NCBI GenBank assembly: GCA_965208805.1
Contig: OZ242355.1
Span: forward strand, 1,480,982 to 1,544,981
Direction: 5' to 3'
DNA from: Acidimicrobiales bacterium
GTDB taxonomy: Bacteria > Actinomycetota > Acidimicrobiia > Acidimicrobiales > Bin134
Length of the DNA stretch: 64,000 bases
Shown here: one piece after another, positions 62,939-64,000 of the stretch
Numbering within the stretch: the first letter of the stretch is position 1
Layout of the letters: the number at the start of each line of letters is the position of its first letter
Translations under genes and position numbers: made by a program
Notes under the pieces: model-generated
What the model saw: the letters and a program-made list of their open reading frames with translations, nothing else
What the model was told of the DNA's origin: nothing
The model's database searches: none

Positions 62939-64000
62939 CTAGGACTGGGCGAACTCGGCTCGGAGTTGGTCGCCGTGCTGGTTGAGGGAGGGTAGGGCGG
63001 GCGCGGTGCCGGCGGTGGCCTCGTCCCAGTCGGCTGTGGTGGCGGGGGCGGGGAGGTCGATGGTGCCGTCGGGGTGGGTGACGGTGATCCGGTTGAGCTG
63101 AGGGTGTGATGAGAGTCCGGCTACGTCGTTGACTGCGCCGAAGGCCATTCGGCTGTCGGTGAGCTTGCCGCGGAGATCATCAGTGCTCAGGCGGGCGAAC
63201 ACCTCGGCAACGGCTTCGTCGGTGTCAGCCCGGTTTTCCACTCGGGCCTTGTTGGTGGCGAAGCGGGGATCATGGGCCAACTCCGGCCGGTTCAGCACTG
63301 ATTCACACAGGGTGACCCACTCCCGGTCGGACTGCACGGCAATGAGCAGGGTAGTGCCGTCGGCGGTGGCGAATCCGCCGTAAGGGGCGATGGACGGGTG
63401 GGCCAAACCGACGCGTTCAGGGGCCTGGCCGAGGTAGTCGTGGTGGAGCAGGGGAACGGTCATCCACTCGGCCATGGTCGAGAACAGCGAGACCTCGATG
63501 GCGGCGCCTTCGCCGGTGCGGGCTTGGCGGACCAATGCTTGGCTGATGGCTCGGGCCGCGGCCTCGCCGGTGGCGATGTCGGCCACCGACACCCCTACGC
63601 GGCCGAGAGGCCCCGGTGCCCCCGACACCGACACCAGACCGCTCTCGGCCTGCACTAGCAGGTCATAGGCCTTCATCTGGGCATACGGTCCGGTCGGCCC
63701 GTAGCCCGAGATGTCACAGGTCACCAGTCGGGGATACTGCTCACGCAGGGACTCGGAGCCGAAGCCCAGCCGCTGGGCCGCGCCCACGGCCAGATTCTGG
63801 ATGTAGACATCGGCCTTTTCAATCATCCGGCCTAGAAGTGCTTGATCGCCATCGTCTTTGAGGTCGAGGACGATCGATTCCTTGCCCCGGTTCAGCCAGG
63901 CGAAGTAGCTGGACAGCCCGTCGGCGGGCGCGTCATAGCCCCGGGAGAAGTCGCCCTCGGCTCGCTCGATCTTGATCACCCTGGCTCCGGCGTCGGCCAG
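62939..64000 (-). CDS. family III CoA-transferase (CaiB/BaiF type), N-terminus outside the window
   Basis: The frame is open to the window edge. ...KIERAEGDFSRGYD...ISGYGPTGPY... are typical of the family. The M at 63979 is probably internal. Confidence 0.8.
   Translation of the reverse strand: MADAGARVIKIERAEGDFSRGYDAPADGLSSYFAWLNRGKESIVLDLKDDGDQALLGRMIEKADVYIQNLAVGAAQRLGFGSESLREQYPRLVTCDISGYGPTGPYAQMKAYDLLVQAESGLVSVSGAPGPLGRVGVSVADIATGEAAARAISQALVRQARTGEGAAIEVSLFSTMAEWMTVPLLHHDYLGQAPERVGLAHPSIAPYGGFATADGTTLLIAVQSDREWVTLCESVLNRPELAHDPRFATNKARVENRADTDEAVAEVFARLSTDDLRGKLTDSRMAFGAVNDVAGLSSHPQLNRITVTHPDGTIDLPAPATTADWDEATAGTAPALPSLNQHGDQLRAEFAQS

Overview
High-GC (roughly 60-65% by eye) chromosomal core region, most likely from an Actinomycetota genome. 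That assignment is an inference from three syntenies: scpA-scpB-rluB-(aroH-tyrA-aroA)-cmk-plsC...der, gcvH-FHA(garA-like)-MerR-hpt-DUF151 nuclease-MerR...gcvT, and murT-gatD. I could support about 66 protein genes, one tRNA-Pro(GGG) and no rRNA, CRISPR array, transposase, integrase or recognisable defence system. Gene content is housekeeping (shikimate/aromatic amino acid steps, chromosome segregation, peptidoglycan amidation, glycine cleavage, isoprenoid ispH, der GTPase) plus two ABC importers and many CoA-dependent or redox enzymes (acyl-CoA synthetases, family III CoA-transferases, crotonases, MaoC hydratases, LLM oxidoreductases, aldo-keto reductases). Four things stand out. (1) Two tandem TlpA/ResA-like thioredoxin-fold lipoprotein genes each carry a single in-frame TGA exactly where the first Cys of the CxxC motif belongs, followed by a conserved hairpin. 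These are candidate selenoproteins (H-U-P-T-C) that an ORF caller would split or call pseudogenes. (2) Short, mostly perfect tandem duplications (33-82 nt units) occur at seven loci, an unusual density. Several copy a gene junction or start codon and create chains of mini-ORFs, similar to MIRU/VNTR loci. (3) A Liv-type ABC importer is encoded as only two giant fusion polypeptides, MFS(12 TM)-LivF and LivH-LivM-LivG. (4) A secreted Cys-repeat lipoprotein has a PPC-like C-terminal domain. All calls rest on reading translations and motifs by eye. Start codons are often ambiguous (GTG/TTG starts, high-GC N-terminal ORF extensions), and no database search was possible.
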